In this document: positions 25,954 to 41,030 of the stretch, in pieces | Numbering within the stretch: the stretch's first letter is position 1 | How the letters are laid out: every line of letters begins with the position of its first letter | Assembly: GCA_973895155.1 (NCBI GenBank) | Contig: OZ316893.1 | Coordinates: 10,111,660-10,175,659, forward strand | From: Marsupella aquatica | Lineage: Eukaryota; Plantae; Marchantiophyta | DNA length: 64,000 nucleotides | Reading direction: 5' to 3' | Made by a program: the position numbers and the translations under genes | Notes under the pieces: generated by a model | Databases searched by the model: none | What the model was told of the DNA's origin: nothing | Seen by the model: only the letters and a program-made list of their open reading frames with translations

Positions 25954-26569
25954 ACTATAGATGCCCTCAGGAGCAAGTTCCAATGTCCTTCTCTTCTTGT
26001 CTGCTTCAGACTACAACAGATCAAACTAAATTGGAGCTGCTAATAATTGCATAACACTAATTACACTAACAACACTAATTTTTCAGTGATAATTCAAGTT
26101 TTTGTTTACTTTAAGTGGGCTCATTTCTAACAATACCAATTTTTTCTGATGCAGTTTTTCATTTACCTGTTTTGATAGTGGGATATTTCCTCAAGATGTT
26201 ATTATTGTAAGATCTACAAACCCTCAATCTGGCAAAGAGTGGAACATAGGACCTCCTGTTACACTCAAATTCTACACATAATTATATTATTTTCATTAAC
26301 CAAGATTTTTTAATTTGTTTTTTTTCCAATGAAGAGTGTACATAAGTGTGTCTTAAGTACTAAATGCATAGCTCCAGTTTGGTCTAGCTCCTTCGTCCTG
26401 TTATGAAATCCAGAATCAGCGGGAATCAAAACTGGCAGTTAGATATTTTAGAGGATTATCGTAATCCATTTGATTAGCACTTGCCCTCTCTGGCAAGGTC
26501 TCACACGCTCGTGCCTTCATTATGGACCCCCCTCGCAATATACGTATACGGGCATCAATGCTTGCGATG

Positions 26570-26725
26570 CCTTGTCGCCCCTCACGATGCCTCACCCTGA
26601 CGCCCTGCCTCTCGCCCTCCCCTTGGTCCACGCCCTGCCTCGCCCTGATGCCCTTTCCCTGACACCCTGCCTCGCCCTCCCTTGGTCCCGATGTGCTCAC
26701 CCCTGCCTCTCGCCCGCCCCGGGCT
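26570..26725 (+). repeat. C-rich low-complexity repeat (CTCGCCC/CGCCCTG units)
   Basis: Repeated CGCCCTGCCTC-like units; possibly the interior of a MITE. Confidence 0.6.
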
Positions 26726-27879
26726 GACTCCCTATGGGCAGGCCCTCATTGCGCCATGCAACAAACGGGCATAGGGTTCGTTGGGTAGAATAACATACTT
26801 CCTTCCCAACTAATAACTGAGATTTGGTCAAAGTCACCTTGACGGAGACGGGAGCTAACCAATCATAAATCTGGATGCAACGACGACCATTGGATGTGAA
26901 GAAGCTAACTCGGGTTAAGTTTGTGAACCGGCAAACAAAAATAGTGGCATTGTGATAAATACAAAAAATTCAGTGACTAGGTACATGTTATATAAAAAAA
27001 TGACAATCTAGTAAATCCCAGATGTATAATGTCCTAGAGCCATCCTCGTTTGTGAGGACATGCATGAAATAATTAGTATATTTCATTCCAAAAATGACGC
27101 AATTCCAAATTAGTATGCTTCTGATTTTATTTTTGATGTAGACTGGAAAGTCAATGTTTACTTCAAGATGCTTACTAAGATTATTATTAACATTTACATC
27201 ACAAAATTAGTTTAATTGAGGTCTCACAAGCAATCTGAGGTATTTTGTTACTCATGTGCAAAGTTTCAGTAATTATTTACTGCATTAGGATAACCTGGAT
27301 ACCTCCGGTGCTAGGGTACATCAAGTAGAAGTAAAGAAGAATGTCTTTCTTCCCAAACATTTACCAGTCATTTTCTTCAGTTTGGGAAAGGAGTGTGAGT
27401 GTGCTTTGCTCTCCTTCCTTGAGGAGTAGTTTTAGTCATAATTGTGACTCATGCATGTGAACGTTTGCTTTTCTTCCAATGCAGTTAGTTTGGAGCTGTA
27501 CATGGCTGATTTGTTAAGGAACAATCAAGACCAAATGAGATATCGTATCAACACATGTGAAAAAACCTCCATGGATAGCCACATTGAAAGCACGGCTCTG
27601 AGAGAAATATAATAATCTAATAATACCAACTGGCAAAACTAGCCTTAGTCAACGTGCTAAAGTTCTTACTCTCAGAGTGAACCATGCAAAGTGAACACAA
27701 GTATTTAATTCCCTTGGGTATGAGTGTGTGGAACAAATATCATCCTAATCTGTTGAATCCTAACTAGTACGTCTATGAAAATAAGTAAAATATACTAGAA
27801 GCATAACTTAACATGATTACACCACTTCTTTAAATCCTTTGAGTTTGACTTTGATTCTCAGTTTTACACTCTTCAAAAA

Positions 27880-28460
27880 TCTTTGAACAGTAATTTGAGG
27901 ATTCCACTGCGACGACGTTTCATTCTTCAAAAAGGTCTGCTGAATCAAACGGTCATTTGGGGATTCCACTGCAACGACAATTATTCTCTCTCTTCTAGTT
28001 TCTGAAGTGTGAGTGTTTGCAGAAGGTCAAACGAGGCTCCAAAAAAGCAATTGCGTTCATTATTCAAAAATACTTCTGCATAAAGCAAACAGTAATCTGG
28101 AGATTCCACGCCAACAATAATCTGGAGATTCCACTCGAACTACAATAGTTCTCTCTCGTTTCGCTTCTGCCAAGTGCTTCTGTGTCAATAGAAGTTTAAA
28201 CACCAGGCTCCAACAACAAGCAAAGATCATTCTTCAGAAATACTTCTGCATAAAGCAAACAGTAATTTGGAGATTCCGCTCCACAACACTAATTCCATCT
28301 CTTTTCGCTTCCCATTATTAAGTTGCATTGCCTTTGGCACCATGTCTCCAGCCTCCAGGTTTAGCCTTTTGGCCTTTTTGTTCTCTGGCACTTTGAATAT
28401 ATAACTTTTCGCTTCCGCCAATTGTTTTGTTTGCAGAAGTTCAACCACCAGGCTCCTGAC
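27880..28460 (+). repeat. Degenerate tandem repeat (about 170-bp period)
   Basis: Recurring motifs AACAGTAAT(T/C)TGGAGATTCC, AAATACTTCTGCATAAAGCAAACAG (about 28068 and 28238) and AGAAG.T.AA...AGGCTCC. Confidence 0.7.
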
Positions 28461-31087
28461 AACACGAACCCTGTACACCTTCTGTGCAACTTTATAGCAT
28501 GAGATTGCAGCCTCCAAAAGTTCAAATCCCACAGTAGCTTATTAGACCGCCTAAACTCCCTTATCGGAAGTCAGTCTACATTTCAAATCAAAGAAGCAAA
28601 GGGCTCAGTAACCCTCTACAATTAGCAATCAATAATGCCCTCAAGATTCAAGCATTTCAAATTAAAGAGCATAGACCTCCAGAAACGTCTGCAAAATATC
28701 AATAAAGAATGTAACTCAATTTTAAAACATTCAAATGAAAGAGCTGAGAACTCGAGTGACCTCTACAAATATCAAGGTGTCATCAATTCATGATGAGATT
28801 CTCCAGGCCCCTCTGGTTTCTCCCCATCCAGGTGTCCACCATGAATATATAGGGTAATGATGGATTGGTCTGTTGTTACTAGTCTGTAAATCCTATGACC
28901 AGAAAATGAAGAATACTTAATGAAGAACTATTGACAGGCAACAGACCTGAAGTTTTTTTGTGCTTTGTAAGAACAAGTTTCAAATAGTAACTCCAGTCCA
29001 AGCAATCATTATCATATGTAATATCTACCCAGAAAAATATTATCGGGCAGTACTTTCTGGGCACAAGATTATGGAATTTCTGGGCTCAAGATTATGGAAA
29101 TGGTGGCATCTAGTAGAAAAAATTACACACCCTAACCTTTCTTCCTGACAAAAATTAAGTCTAGTAAGTGAGGAGTAGAAGCACCACAGATTTGACTGAT
29201 AGAGCTGTTTCCTCTCTCATGGATCCTTTGTTAGTTACCCCACCGGTTGCTTTCACCGACCGGTCATATGGAGTGTGCCACTCCACTCCCTTTGTAATAG
29301 TTAAACTGCATATTTGGTTGCCTTTGGCCTCCATCTCTCCTAGTGCAGGCCTTCACGGTTTCTGCCTTTTTGGGCACTTTGATCTCCAGTCCTCCCGGTT
29401 GCTGTCTCCTTTTTTGGGGCCTGCCCCTTGTTGTTTAAGCTGGCTTTTTTAGCGAATTTCAGTTGATTTTTTCAGGAAAAAAACAATATCAAGGTGTCCT
29501 CAAATTTCAAAATACTGGACAGTCAGTTCACAGTGGTGTTCAGCTTTCCGCCATGTCATCTACAAAATTTCAGTCAAGATATTCCTCCCATGCAGTCTAC
29601 TCAAGAGCTTGCTACTACGTAGGGCTTTAGGTCCCACAATGTTGTAAGGACTCCTTCCTGGTTTCTCGCTTGTGTTCCCCTATTTATTGGGTCTCTGGGT
29701 TCGAGCCTCTAGATTTGACTCTTGTTGTTCTTTGGCAGCTTTTTGGTCGTTGGCAGCGAGATATGCTCCATGTTCAAAATAACATTATGGTGTTCAGCTT
29801 TAGGCCATGTTCGGATTTGGGCCAGGCGCGCTTCACACATTCTCGCCATGATTGAACCCACGTGCAGGTCTTCAGGCGCCTTGTCGCTTCCTCTAATAAC
29901 AAAGTCACCAGACTAACAGGAGGTCTCAAATATGGGGATTGTCATAGGTGTTCCGGGGAGGTTACCATTGCCCGTGAGTTTAGGAGGGATGCGGGCGATT
30001 TTAATGGTAGTGAGAAATTTTTGCACCTCAAATTTTTCAGGCCTGTTTGTGTGACTTCCTGGTGGAGGAATTAGGTGCTATGGTGTTTGCTTAGCACGAG
30101 GATGCCTTCAGCACACAGAGAAGAGTGAGTAGAGGAGGCTCTGGCTGGTGAGTTTAAACTGGGGGAGTGGTGAAGTTTGACCAAGTCTGTCTGGGAATCA
30201 AGAAACCCTGCGGGAGGAGTGTGCATGGTACCCTGAGGGTGTCCCAAACACTTTTGGGCCATGTCCACCCAAACTTAACTCAGGCACCCACAAAACTCCA
30301 CCGGGCTGATATTTTAGAGCCCCTAATGATGAATTGGAAATCCTCAGTGAGTCAAATCCAGCTTATTTTTCAGTGTCCAAAATTGGCTAGTTTCCATCTC
30401 TCCAAAAACGTTTTTGCCACTTTTGGGGAAATTTGGCTAGGTTTTCTGTTTCCAACTAGCCACAGACCTCATTAGCCATAATCTAATGGCCATTATTAAA
30501 TCTGGGGGAATCTAACCATCAGAAAAGAATTCTGAAAAGTCAGATAAGGAACATTGCTAGCATCTTCAACTTTTCACACAGGCTGGCGAATAAATAAGAA
30601 CACATGTTAGTCAAATCCCTCTCGTAGCCACTAGCCACCACACCTGCACGGTACTTATTGTGTTTCTCTGCTGCCATTTGGACTCAAAGCGGTGTCTCTG
30701 GACTCGAGGACAGCATTCCTTTTTTGTTGCCTTGAAATATTTCATAAAAGTCCATGGAGTGGTTCAATCTTCTTGACCATGTTTTACTATCCTATCCAGT
30801 AAACCTGTTGAAATTATTAACCTACCACCAAAACTAATTTTGTTGTCAGGTTTCCCCCCATTTGTATCGGGTACTAAACCAATATGGCATGCCTTTGGTT
30901 TGCTGACACATGGAGGCTTGTGATTTGCCCATGCCATCTTCTTCTCCTACCACACTTTCACCCGTTCACCCTGTAATAAACCCTTTCACCCGTCCATGAA
31001 AGTGTGAAAGTGTGAAAGTAGAAGGATCCTTATCTAACTTTTCACCCTTTCACCCGTTCACCCTCTAAACCCCAAATTCACGGGATG

Positions 31088-31156
31088 CAGGTATACACTA
31101 TTTTATTTATTTATTTATTTTAATTTATTTTCCAAAACGGGTATACAGGTATACAC
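31088..31156 (-). mobile_element. Extremely 5'-truncated retroposed insertion with an 11-bp TSD
   Basis: CAGGTATACAC at 31088-31098 and 31146-31156 flanks a (TTTA)n tract plus a few nucleotides. Confidence 0.5.
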
Positions 31157-34100
31157 AATTGTCTGTGAGCAAAGAATATTGTATTTTGCCCTCCTACATT
31201 TCTGTCACTTTTACACCAGGAGGGGTTGAGCTTGGACAAACTAAAAGACTCTATGTGTCCCCAGAGAAATAGTTCTTTTAACTGGGCTAGTAGACCAACG
31301 TTCGTTTTAGTGAAGAGAATTTGGTCAATTCCACCTCAGTAACAAGTCTTCAAAATTCTTCAGTTTTTTTGTCTTCTACACCTAGCCACATATCCCATTA
31401 GCCAGAATGTAACACTTATGCTTAAATCTAATCTAGGGAGATCTACAGTAGAAGTCAAAATTCAATCTAGAAAAAATAGATGATATATATTCCTAGTATC
31501 CCTCCACCACTATTCCACTAACCTTGACAATGAAGCCCTATTAATAATGCATGAATGTCCAGCGCCGAGCAACTCGGCATTATTCATCGGGATCTGCAGA
31601 GGAGGGTTTTGTCTCAGTCAATGGTCGTCAATGCATCACTGCGTCCTTAGTTGTTTTATTTCTCAATCTCCCTTGGCTTGTTTCGGTTGCTCTGATGCTA
31701 CTGCCAATGAATCGTAGCAACTACTGTAGATGAAGGAAATCTTTATCTCAATCGGCATGTTTCCTTTGCTGTGGTGTTTCCGGGGAAGGGTAGATCCTCT
31801 ATATTTCTGTAGCACATGCCTGACCTGCTGTTGAATTGGCAGACAGTAATGAGTATTTACATCACTCTGGATGGAGGGAAATTGACGACCAAGAACGCAA
31901 GTTTCGAGAATGTGAACAGTAGGTTCAGTGTGACTGCGCTCTGATACAATGCAGTAATGCACTCCCGAATGGCCGAATGCACAGGTGCAAAACTTGCCGA
32001 ACGTGCTGTTGCGTAATGGATTTATAAAATAATCTTCATGCTCAACTCATTTATTAGGACTTGATTGGTGGATGTAGCATGATTTCGACCTGAAGAAGGA
32101 ATTAAAACCTTGAACAAATCTCGACGACATCGACAATGGTGGGAGAATGTTCTATCAGTACAGTGCTTGGAAGTACTTGGAAATGTTGGAAATGATCATG
32201 ATGTATCACATGTATAATATTCGTATGTACTCCAAACCTCCACTCTCCTTTGTACATCCAACAACATTGCTACCATCATCATTGATGAGTTCTAACTACT
32301 GGGAGTACTGGAAGAGGATCTTCAGTCGGCTGTGTGCTCGTGAAAGGAACTCACCGCGGTGAAGGAGACGAACCCACGTGCACAACTACGCATCCGGGTA
32401 CGTACGCAACCCACTTCAACTGATGATTCTGCTTCCATACAGGATTTCAGCCACTCCTTTAACAATGAGTGGAGTGGAGTGGAGTGGAACACCCGACGCC
32501 CACCCTTCCAATTTACTTTGAAGAGGTTAATCGTTCCAAACAACTCCGATTAGGTTCGTTGCAATCTCAAAAGTACAGTAGTACGAATATTCCAATCGTT
32601 CCCAGACGTCACGTCGTTTTCAATCTCCAGGGTCCAGACGAAACGGATTCAGTTCCACGACCACGTCTGCTAACTGATGGTTATGGGACTATGGGATGAC
32701 GTCAAAGCCCTCATCTCTTTCCAAGCTTTGACCTAGAAATGATCGAGAAAAATACGTTTCAGTGGGCATTAAGGCAATCCAAAAGGAATTACAGTACGGT
32801 AGTGCTCAATATTGTGCAGTAATCTACTAGCTTGCCGGCTGTTGACGAAACCGGAATTCCATTTATTTTGTCGATGCGATGATACTCCTAGCTCGGCCGG
32901 CTTGTGTTGGAGCATTTTTAGCTACAGGGCCGCGCTGTACTTGGTCCGGGACTGGAGTCTAGCTAGATAGATTCCATGGGGCACTTGGGCAAGAGCAATG
33001 CGAATTCGCTCTCAAGTGGTGTTCAGCATCAGGCGCTTCCTACAAGACAAAGAAGCGTGACGACTCGATCCTTCCAAAGGTAATTCCGGCCCGAGCTGCC
33101 TCATCACCTCAGTCTTGTTTCATCGTCATAGGGACCATCGCCTGATAGTCGCTAGAGTACTCTGTGTGTGTGACTTGCTGCGAACTAGTACGTAGCGAGG
33201 TACGTAGTAGATCGGACTTGAAGCGGAGAGAATGATGTTTAATCGAGTGTTTAAATACTACGGTCTCAGAACGATTTGGGCATTTGGCCAATCGGGCCCA
33301 GCTTTCATGACCGTTCGCAGTAAGTTACGTGGCGCGCAGATTAGAGTTCATTTGACCAGTACGAGATATCACTGATGCACTTCGATCACCTGTCGTTTGA
33401 GAAATCAACAACCCATGATTTTCGATGTCCGACCTTTCGTGTACTCTCGATCAACTTAGTTGCTTCGCGCTTAAGTTAGTTTGTACATAGAAATCGATCA
33501 TATTCATTTCGAATTGAGTATGTATATTCAAAAATCTGATCATATATAAATGGTATATGTACTGAATGCGTCCACAGTTTTCATTCTGGAGGATGAAGTG
33601 CTCTCGCTAACAATTACACTGTTAGGTAACATTTTCTGTTCTTCTTCTTCAATACGGTCAACAAGCAACTCTAATTGATCATGGCGGGGTCAAGTCGTCA
33701 GCCTTATCACACAGGCGCCCCGTCAATTTCTGATTGACATACATTCCCTTAAAAGGTAAAGATAATCCAGGTCGGATACCGTTTGCCATCACGTTTCCAG
33801 CTTAGAAGCGAGCCGAGCTTCTTGTGTAAATTACTCGCAATTAAGCTCTTGGCACTGGTCACGATTCGGCGACAAGGGAATGGCCGCGATCGACAACCCT
33901 TCTGCCGTCATTCTGTATTTCGAACTCCTAGATTTGTACAACGTTGGCCCTCAGGGAGCGAAACAGAATGACAATTGGTGCATCTCTCTTGCTGACCAAT
34001 TTGAATGCGGAATTGGCAGCACACACGAGCAATCCATGCGCAACTTATTGTGTTACTTGCCCAAACTACTGCTCATGAAACTTGTCATGGATATTAGAGC

Positions 34101-37100
34101 TCGCTAGTCTCCATACCCACCTACCCATACTCCATGCCAGTTCCTACCCATACTCCCATGTCCCTCCCTACTCACAATGACTTCGAAGTATCAAATTTGC
34201 TATAATTTTTTTTTACTTATGGCCTCTTGCTTCACATCTATCGAGTACAGTAGGTCAGGAACAATAACCTTTGACAGCAAACTATAGTACAGCTATGGAA
34301 GAAAGATGCCAAAGAATAAAAAGCTCCAATCCTGGAGACAAGACAGGACCCAAAGGCATGAAACCAACTGTGATCACCAATTATAGTGTAAAGATATTAT
34401 GTATCACACTGCCAAAGACTAAAAAGATGTGATCACCGATTATAGTATAAAAACATTATATATCTAGGAGGGTCACTATAGTAAGAGATATTTGTCTAGA
34501 GGCTAAAAAACGTGACTGTGGCGACTGTGACAGTGTTGGGACATATTTGCTTCGTGGGCCCTGGGGCCAAACTTAGCCTTCGTGAGTCACACGAATTGAA
34601 GACATCCTTGAAGAAACCATTCTGACTCTACCATTGCTGTCGTTCTTGTACTGTTCAGTTTATGTGTATGTAATTATGCTTCTAGAAGAACCTAGCTGTT
34701 ACTCCTCCCCTCGCGACTACATTACAGGGCTGGGCCTGCATTTTCCCACAGTTGGAATGAACCTGATTTTTGTGGGCCATGCCCAGGTATAATCAACGCA
34801 TCTGGTTTTGTGCTCACTTTAATCCACTAATACATTCAAGAACATTCTTGAAAACCACCTAATGGTCAGTTTAGGTGGGAAGGGTGACGGTTGACCAACT
34901 GGTTTCAAATGCGCTCTGGAACTGTTGGGGTGGCCAGGGGTAACTTGTGACCAACTGATTTCACATTCAATCCTAGTCACTGCCCCTTCTGCAATGAGTT
35001 CTGCTCCAAAAGCATCCTTGCAAAAACTCCCTGTCCTTGATCTTGAAAGTGGATTGCAGATTCTCGAAACCTTAAACCTGCCAAGATCACGACATCCTAC
35101 TCTGAAGAGCCAGCCAACCAATAACCATACTCAGTGATGAAATATGGACAATAGACCCCAACAGAGGGATGCAGGTATGGAACCTCAACCTCAGCAATAA
35201 CATCGCGGATATTGTGGAAGAGACGCAAAGGGCAAGGATGAAACTATCAATTTTACCAGCTGTTATCAAAAGTGGACCCAATTTACTGTGCACTGAAATT
35301 TTTCTTCCAGAAAAGAAACGTGTATTATGCTTAATGTGGGTTTCATCGTGGCTTCAGGACAGGTGCACGTAAGTCCCTCTTCATTTCCACAAGACCCGAT
35401 CGGCAGCCCCGTTTATAGAACCCTGAACAGTGGTCTCCCATGTTGTAGATTTCTATGATTTGCCAAAGAAAGAATGGTGGAACTGATGGTGTCAACGCTC
35501 TAAAACCTTTTCCATTCAATGGAGAGAATAGATGAAGTCTTTGGTGTGTGAGCCCCAGCCAAATTTCACAAGACTATTAAAATTTTGAACTGTTGAGTTG
35601 CAAACGCCCTCGTCGAAGAAACCGCCACGGCCTAAATATATGGCGGAGCTGACTCTAGCATGATCACAATCATGGCTGATTACAGCTCCACCTTAAAATG
35701 TCCCTACAATCCGAAAGCTGTCCTCAGTACATTGTGTAGAGGCATACCAGTGTAAGAGGCTAGCTGTGAACGACTGTCGTTATCTGTCGAATATCGTCAC
35801 ACGACAAACCGCAGAAAACCTTCACAACAAATTTTACTTTTTGGAAACAGCATGTCGCATTAGTTATGCCTGATTGGATCTCACACTCAATCCTTCTGTA
35901 AATTGTTTGACCAGGCTCAACCGAACCAGTCCACAATAAAATTGGAGAAGCTTGTCCTCACAGCTGTAATCCCGCAATTTCGCCTGTCCTCGTGTGAATG
36001 AAGAAGGTGTATCTTAAGTGAAAGTGAGTCCTAAGATTGGAAGTATTTGATTACCCCACTGGCTGTTATCTCAGTTTTCGAGTGTCTCATCCTGTTCTGG
36101 CGTGATGGTCAAAGTAGACCTGTAATTTGTTCAGTAAACGTGCTGGCCCTTATAAGTACCAGTCCGCATTGAGAAAATTTGATGATCGCTGACGGCTGTA
36201 TCTCGTCTTGTGGTTGCAGAAGACCTATATTGGGTGAATTTGAAAGCTAGCCCATTATTAAGGACAATGACAGAGCGAAATTGAAAGTACAATACCTGAT
36301 TTATGGGAGGGCAACAGACTCATTCCTCAATTTGGTGTCCCAAGATTCTTTTGACCGAATGCTTGAGTGAGGAAATCCTTTTTTCTTTCTCCTCACAAAT
36401 TCGACTTCATGAACACAACGAAAAACTGTCGTCTCAGAACAAGTCCACATTGAGTGGTGGTGCTTGGATGGCCCACACTGTCTAGATCCCATATTTCCGA
36501 CGTCCGTCTCTGTTTTGGCTTGAATGGTTCTTCCGCACCCAGAGGACTGTTGTGTCCATTTTCCTCCTCCCACCGTCCCTTCATGTTGTGGATTGAATAG
36601 TTTGTTGAAATCGACCGTACAGTCGCTGCGTAGTTTAGATTTTCACATTTCGATTGACAAAGACTTCGAGTCTGACAACAGAAGTGTACCACTCGAGGTT
36701 GGTGGGGAACATGTTACGATATTTGTTGTGACAAGTAAATTTCGCGATAGTACAATTTTGTGTCTTGCCAATCGGTTTATCCCTCGCTTTGTCATTTTCT
36801 ATGGATACTCGTTGATCAAACTCAGTGAATTCTAACGCCGTCATTGTTGCCATCTGTGTCGTGTCCACGTATGTACGTGTAATCTTGAATTGCCAATACC
36901 ATGGTAGCACGTCGTGCCTTGTTGTCAGAGGTTCGGTTAGAAGCCGATGAAAATCTTTTCCAGCATCGGGTACATGGAAGACGAGGCTGGCAGTGGAACA
37001 AAGGCGTTTGATGCATAGTGATCAGGGAAGTCTCCTATATCTGTGCAACATTCATGGACTGTGATCACAATTTCCTCAGTCCATGCATTGAGGCATCAGT

Positions 37101-40100
37101 TGACTAAATAAAATCAAAGGGTTCCATGGGCAAGGTGGATATGCTCGACGTGAAGCACTGTTTGTTCTTGGTTGTTGCTGTAGTTTTGCTTGCAGGGATG
37201 TCCTGAACAACACCCTATGAACGCATGTGTGGATATCGGTTCGTTTTTGAGTATTCCATTGCATAATCAGCACATTGCAATATGACTAATCTCAATGCCT
37301 GCATATAATGGACATGGAAAAACCATGGGTAGCTACTGGAGAAGTCACTTCTATCATGTGACATCACTCTTCCAAGTAGTGGATGTTTTCGTCAAGGTGG
37401 TAAAATTTGCAAGGATTCAAGTTTGTAGGATCGATCACTCGCCATTTATCTCTGGCTACATATCTGCAGTCAGAAGCGTTATGACTAATTGTACTGTCAT
37501 TATGTCTCACATTTCATGTCGTTGACAGCCAAGATTACCAACATTAATATTCATCCTCTCTTGCAATCAATCTTGGGTTGAATATTTTAGCAAAGAATTC
37601 TGGCTATTAAAGTAGGCAGGGTGGCGCATTGCATCATGAACACTAGTCGGTTATAAAACGTTGAAAACTTGTGATCGGAGACCGAGGACTCCGATGATCC
37701 GAGTGATCAGAGACTCCCACCCCAGCTCCAAAAACTTCTTGAACCATGCAACTGGCCATCTTGCAATTTTTGGATTAGTACTTCCTCCTGCCCAAGAACG
37801 ATATCAGGGGATGCCCGACTTTCCGACAGTTGTACAAACAAATGAATCCAAATTCGAAAGTCATATTCTGACGCATTTGGTACTGAAATCATTCGGCTCC
37901 ACTACAGCATTCTTAGCCTCGCAACGTGTACGACCCAACGAGCTCATTCAATTGCACGAGAATTATGCATTAGACTTAAGCTGACTGTCCATATTTACAT
38001 GCAATTCAACTAATTCAAGAATGCAAGCTACATTTCTTTACACACCTGCAAGGTTTTACTGCAACTTCACCGCTTCCATTCCAAGACCCCTTCTTGCTAG
38101 ACACTCGTGGTGGGTGAGTAGGTGTTCAATCTCACACAGTTGAACGGATGCACGCTCTAATCTATAGACAGAGGCAAATCAACCGAGTTGAAAAGTGGGC
38201 AAGAACAAACTATCCATAGGTGAGGAAGAACGAAATTGACTAAGGGTGCATAAGAACGAAGTGAAAGTACAGGAGGTGCTGCAATGGTAGTCCATTTTAG
38301 CAGCAGGTGCGCTCCAATTCAGATCCTGTGACGCCAATGGATTGCTGTTAGCAGCGAGCTCAGGGCCAGAAAGATTGACGCCAGTGTTGGTCATTCTCCA
38401 AGGCTTGAGCTACACTCCGTCTCGAACTTCTCCCACGACTGCTGGGAAGCAGAGGATTTCTCCCAGCCCGCCCAAGCTGAGATGCCCAAGTTTGAGTAAG
38501 CCGGATAGTCGCCCCATGGAGGAGAAATCAGCTGCATTCCGGCAATGTGCTGTAAAATCTCCGTTTCATTGTCCGTGCAAGTCATCAAAAAGGGCACAAC
38601 TGCTTGGAAAAATCCTGCAGCAGCCACATGGCTCTCGCAAAGTGGTGTCATGCTGCTGTCCGAACGGGTGGATGGTCGGGGACCCTGGAGGTACTTCTTG
38701 ACAGGGTCGCCCAGCAAGAGTCGCCCCTGCTCGCGAAGCATGAAGGCTCCGAGAGCCGTAAACGTCTTCTTATGGAGGCTGTCCGATATCGTGTGCTGGT
38801 CAGTCCAGACGCGAAGATGGTCCAGTGCTGATGAACGACGGCAACTGCATACGATTGAATTCCATGCTGAGCAATGTAGCTCCCGATGCTCCTGCTGAGA
38901 GACGAGAATAAACTTTCAAAGGCAGGCAGGAATAGTTGTAAGAATCAGACGGCACAACGTCGGTGGTTGAGAAGAGGAAAGGTGCATTCGGGAGCTGAAG
39001 CAGGCAAAGTAACACTAACAACGATCGCCGCAACCACAACCACCGCTCTCGTCCTCGTCCTGCAATCTTGGATCAATCTAACTAGTATAGGTCCTTTAGT
39101 GGACAACTCTTCATCGCCTGCACCTGATAAATGAAAAAACAATGTTTGAGTCACAGTTATCCTAAAAATCGTGGCACGGAGTACGTTAAGTGGAACGAAG
39201 ACACAAAGACGCCCGCCACTAGACTGATAAAAAATTCTATCAATCTACAAGTCATGCTGGGCTCTGATTTAGTTAATAAAAACATCCCTTGGAATGGAAA
39301 ATTAGGCATCTTTCTAACCTCCAGTGTGTGGGACTCACATAAACTGCTGCTTCGGCAGCCTCAGGCTTACGGCTGAACAGATATTGCCTAATGCGTGCAG
39401 GTCCTTTCATATAGGGCGCTGGCGAACTCGATCCATTCCTGCAGCAACAACGCACGCAGCTTCCGAAATGTCTGGCTCCGAATCTGACGGTCACACGGCA
39501 TTTCATGCAGGGAGCACTTTCGAGGATTTGTTGCTGTTTGGATCATCCGAAGCTGAACATTTCGTACGGAGGTGTATTGCCCATTGAAGCCCAATGAACC
39601 ACTTTCGGGCAAGAAACCCGTGACAAATGGATTCGTATGATCAATCTCCAAATGAGTGAGGCATGGTGGTCCCCAGACACACATACAGTCTTACAGGTTC
39701 ATTTCGTTTCTTCGAGTGCACACTGAAGAGGTACTCCATATTTGATGAAGCTGCAGGCTTCACAAGGTCGACCGTGCTGCCTTGCTCGTACGCTAAGGGT
39801 CTAGGGAAGAAGCCTTAGCTCACACTTCGCTCCATTGCTCTTGGCAATAAAATTTAGCTGTAACATTTTGCACCCAGTAGCTTGAGTGGATTTTGTATGC
39901 ACTAGGCACATTACAAGGCCAATTCAGGTGAGTTGCTGCTCGCGTCAGTACACAGGGTGAGCTGAATTTTCACTAGTCTACAAAATTACTGACAGATACA
40001 TTTGTTCGTGGACCCTTCCATAAAAAAGGGTAACTTTGATTAGTACAACAGAAAGGTATGTTCCATCCAATTCGGAACACTCTCAGAATCGTGACCCTCG

Positions 40101-41030
40101 GTGGATTGAAGCGGTCTCATAAACCAGTTTTACATGCATTCTTACTGAGCTGTCCAGAATACAGAGTTGCCACACAGCGATTACCATTAGACGAGCATAT
40201 ATTTTCTACACTATCAGCTGCAGCTATCGGTCAATTGAACAGAATGATAGCAAATTATCTCAAATGTGAATCACTTTACCGTTTCCATAGCCAACGCCGG
40301 GCTCTGTCAAAGTTTGAGCTTGTCACTGTGGCGAAACTGAAATCGACTACCGTAGTCAAGGCACTGGCGAAGCTACTGATTGGGATGTCCCGTGCGTTCT
40401 TCACTTCACTTTCCCCTTGTATGATGAAGATTTGATGATGACTTCATAACAACTCTCTGTAGCTATCCCAATCTGCGTCCAATCCGCCCTGATGCAACTC
40501 AAGCTAACAAAATTCAGTCCAATGTACTCCAGCCCAATGCAATCTGGGATCAATAGAAACTCAATTCATAACATTTTGAAACTCATGGAAGTTTAGACTG
40601 GAACTGCGATGGTGCACATGAGAACATCACAGGAACTCGAGTTACCTCTGCTTCGATTCCAAAACGTGTTCACCGCAAGAAGCTTTTGCTATAACACGTT
40701 TCTCCTAACACCACAAGTATCCCAACCTCCTTGTTGAACTTTGCAATAATGCCAGGATCTTCCGCGTCCTGAGAGTCATTGCCAAATGTTTCCCCTCCAA
40801 TATAACTTTCTAGTTCTTCCTCTTCTGGTACCCTGAAAAAGCCCAGTCTGAATGCCTTTCCACAGCCCTCAATGACAAGGGTCCTGTTTCTAATACCAAC
40901 CCAGTTCCCACTAAGGTATTTGCAAGCCCACCTTGAGCATTTTATGGTATTTTCATTGAAGGTTGTGGGCCATAAACCTGTTACCAGCCTTGCCTCAAGA
41001 TTCCATGACTTAAATCTCACTACAACTGGC

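Noticed and set aside
29640-30500. Possible solo LTR (similar impression at about 42700-43250)
   Set aside because: No verifiable TG...CA termini with TSD and no partner copy in the window.
34819-35600. Minus-strand ORFs faintly like LINE ORF1
   Set aside because: Similarity is too weak; no zinc knuckle or downstream ORF2.
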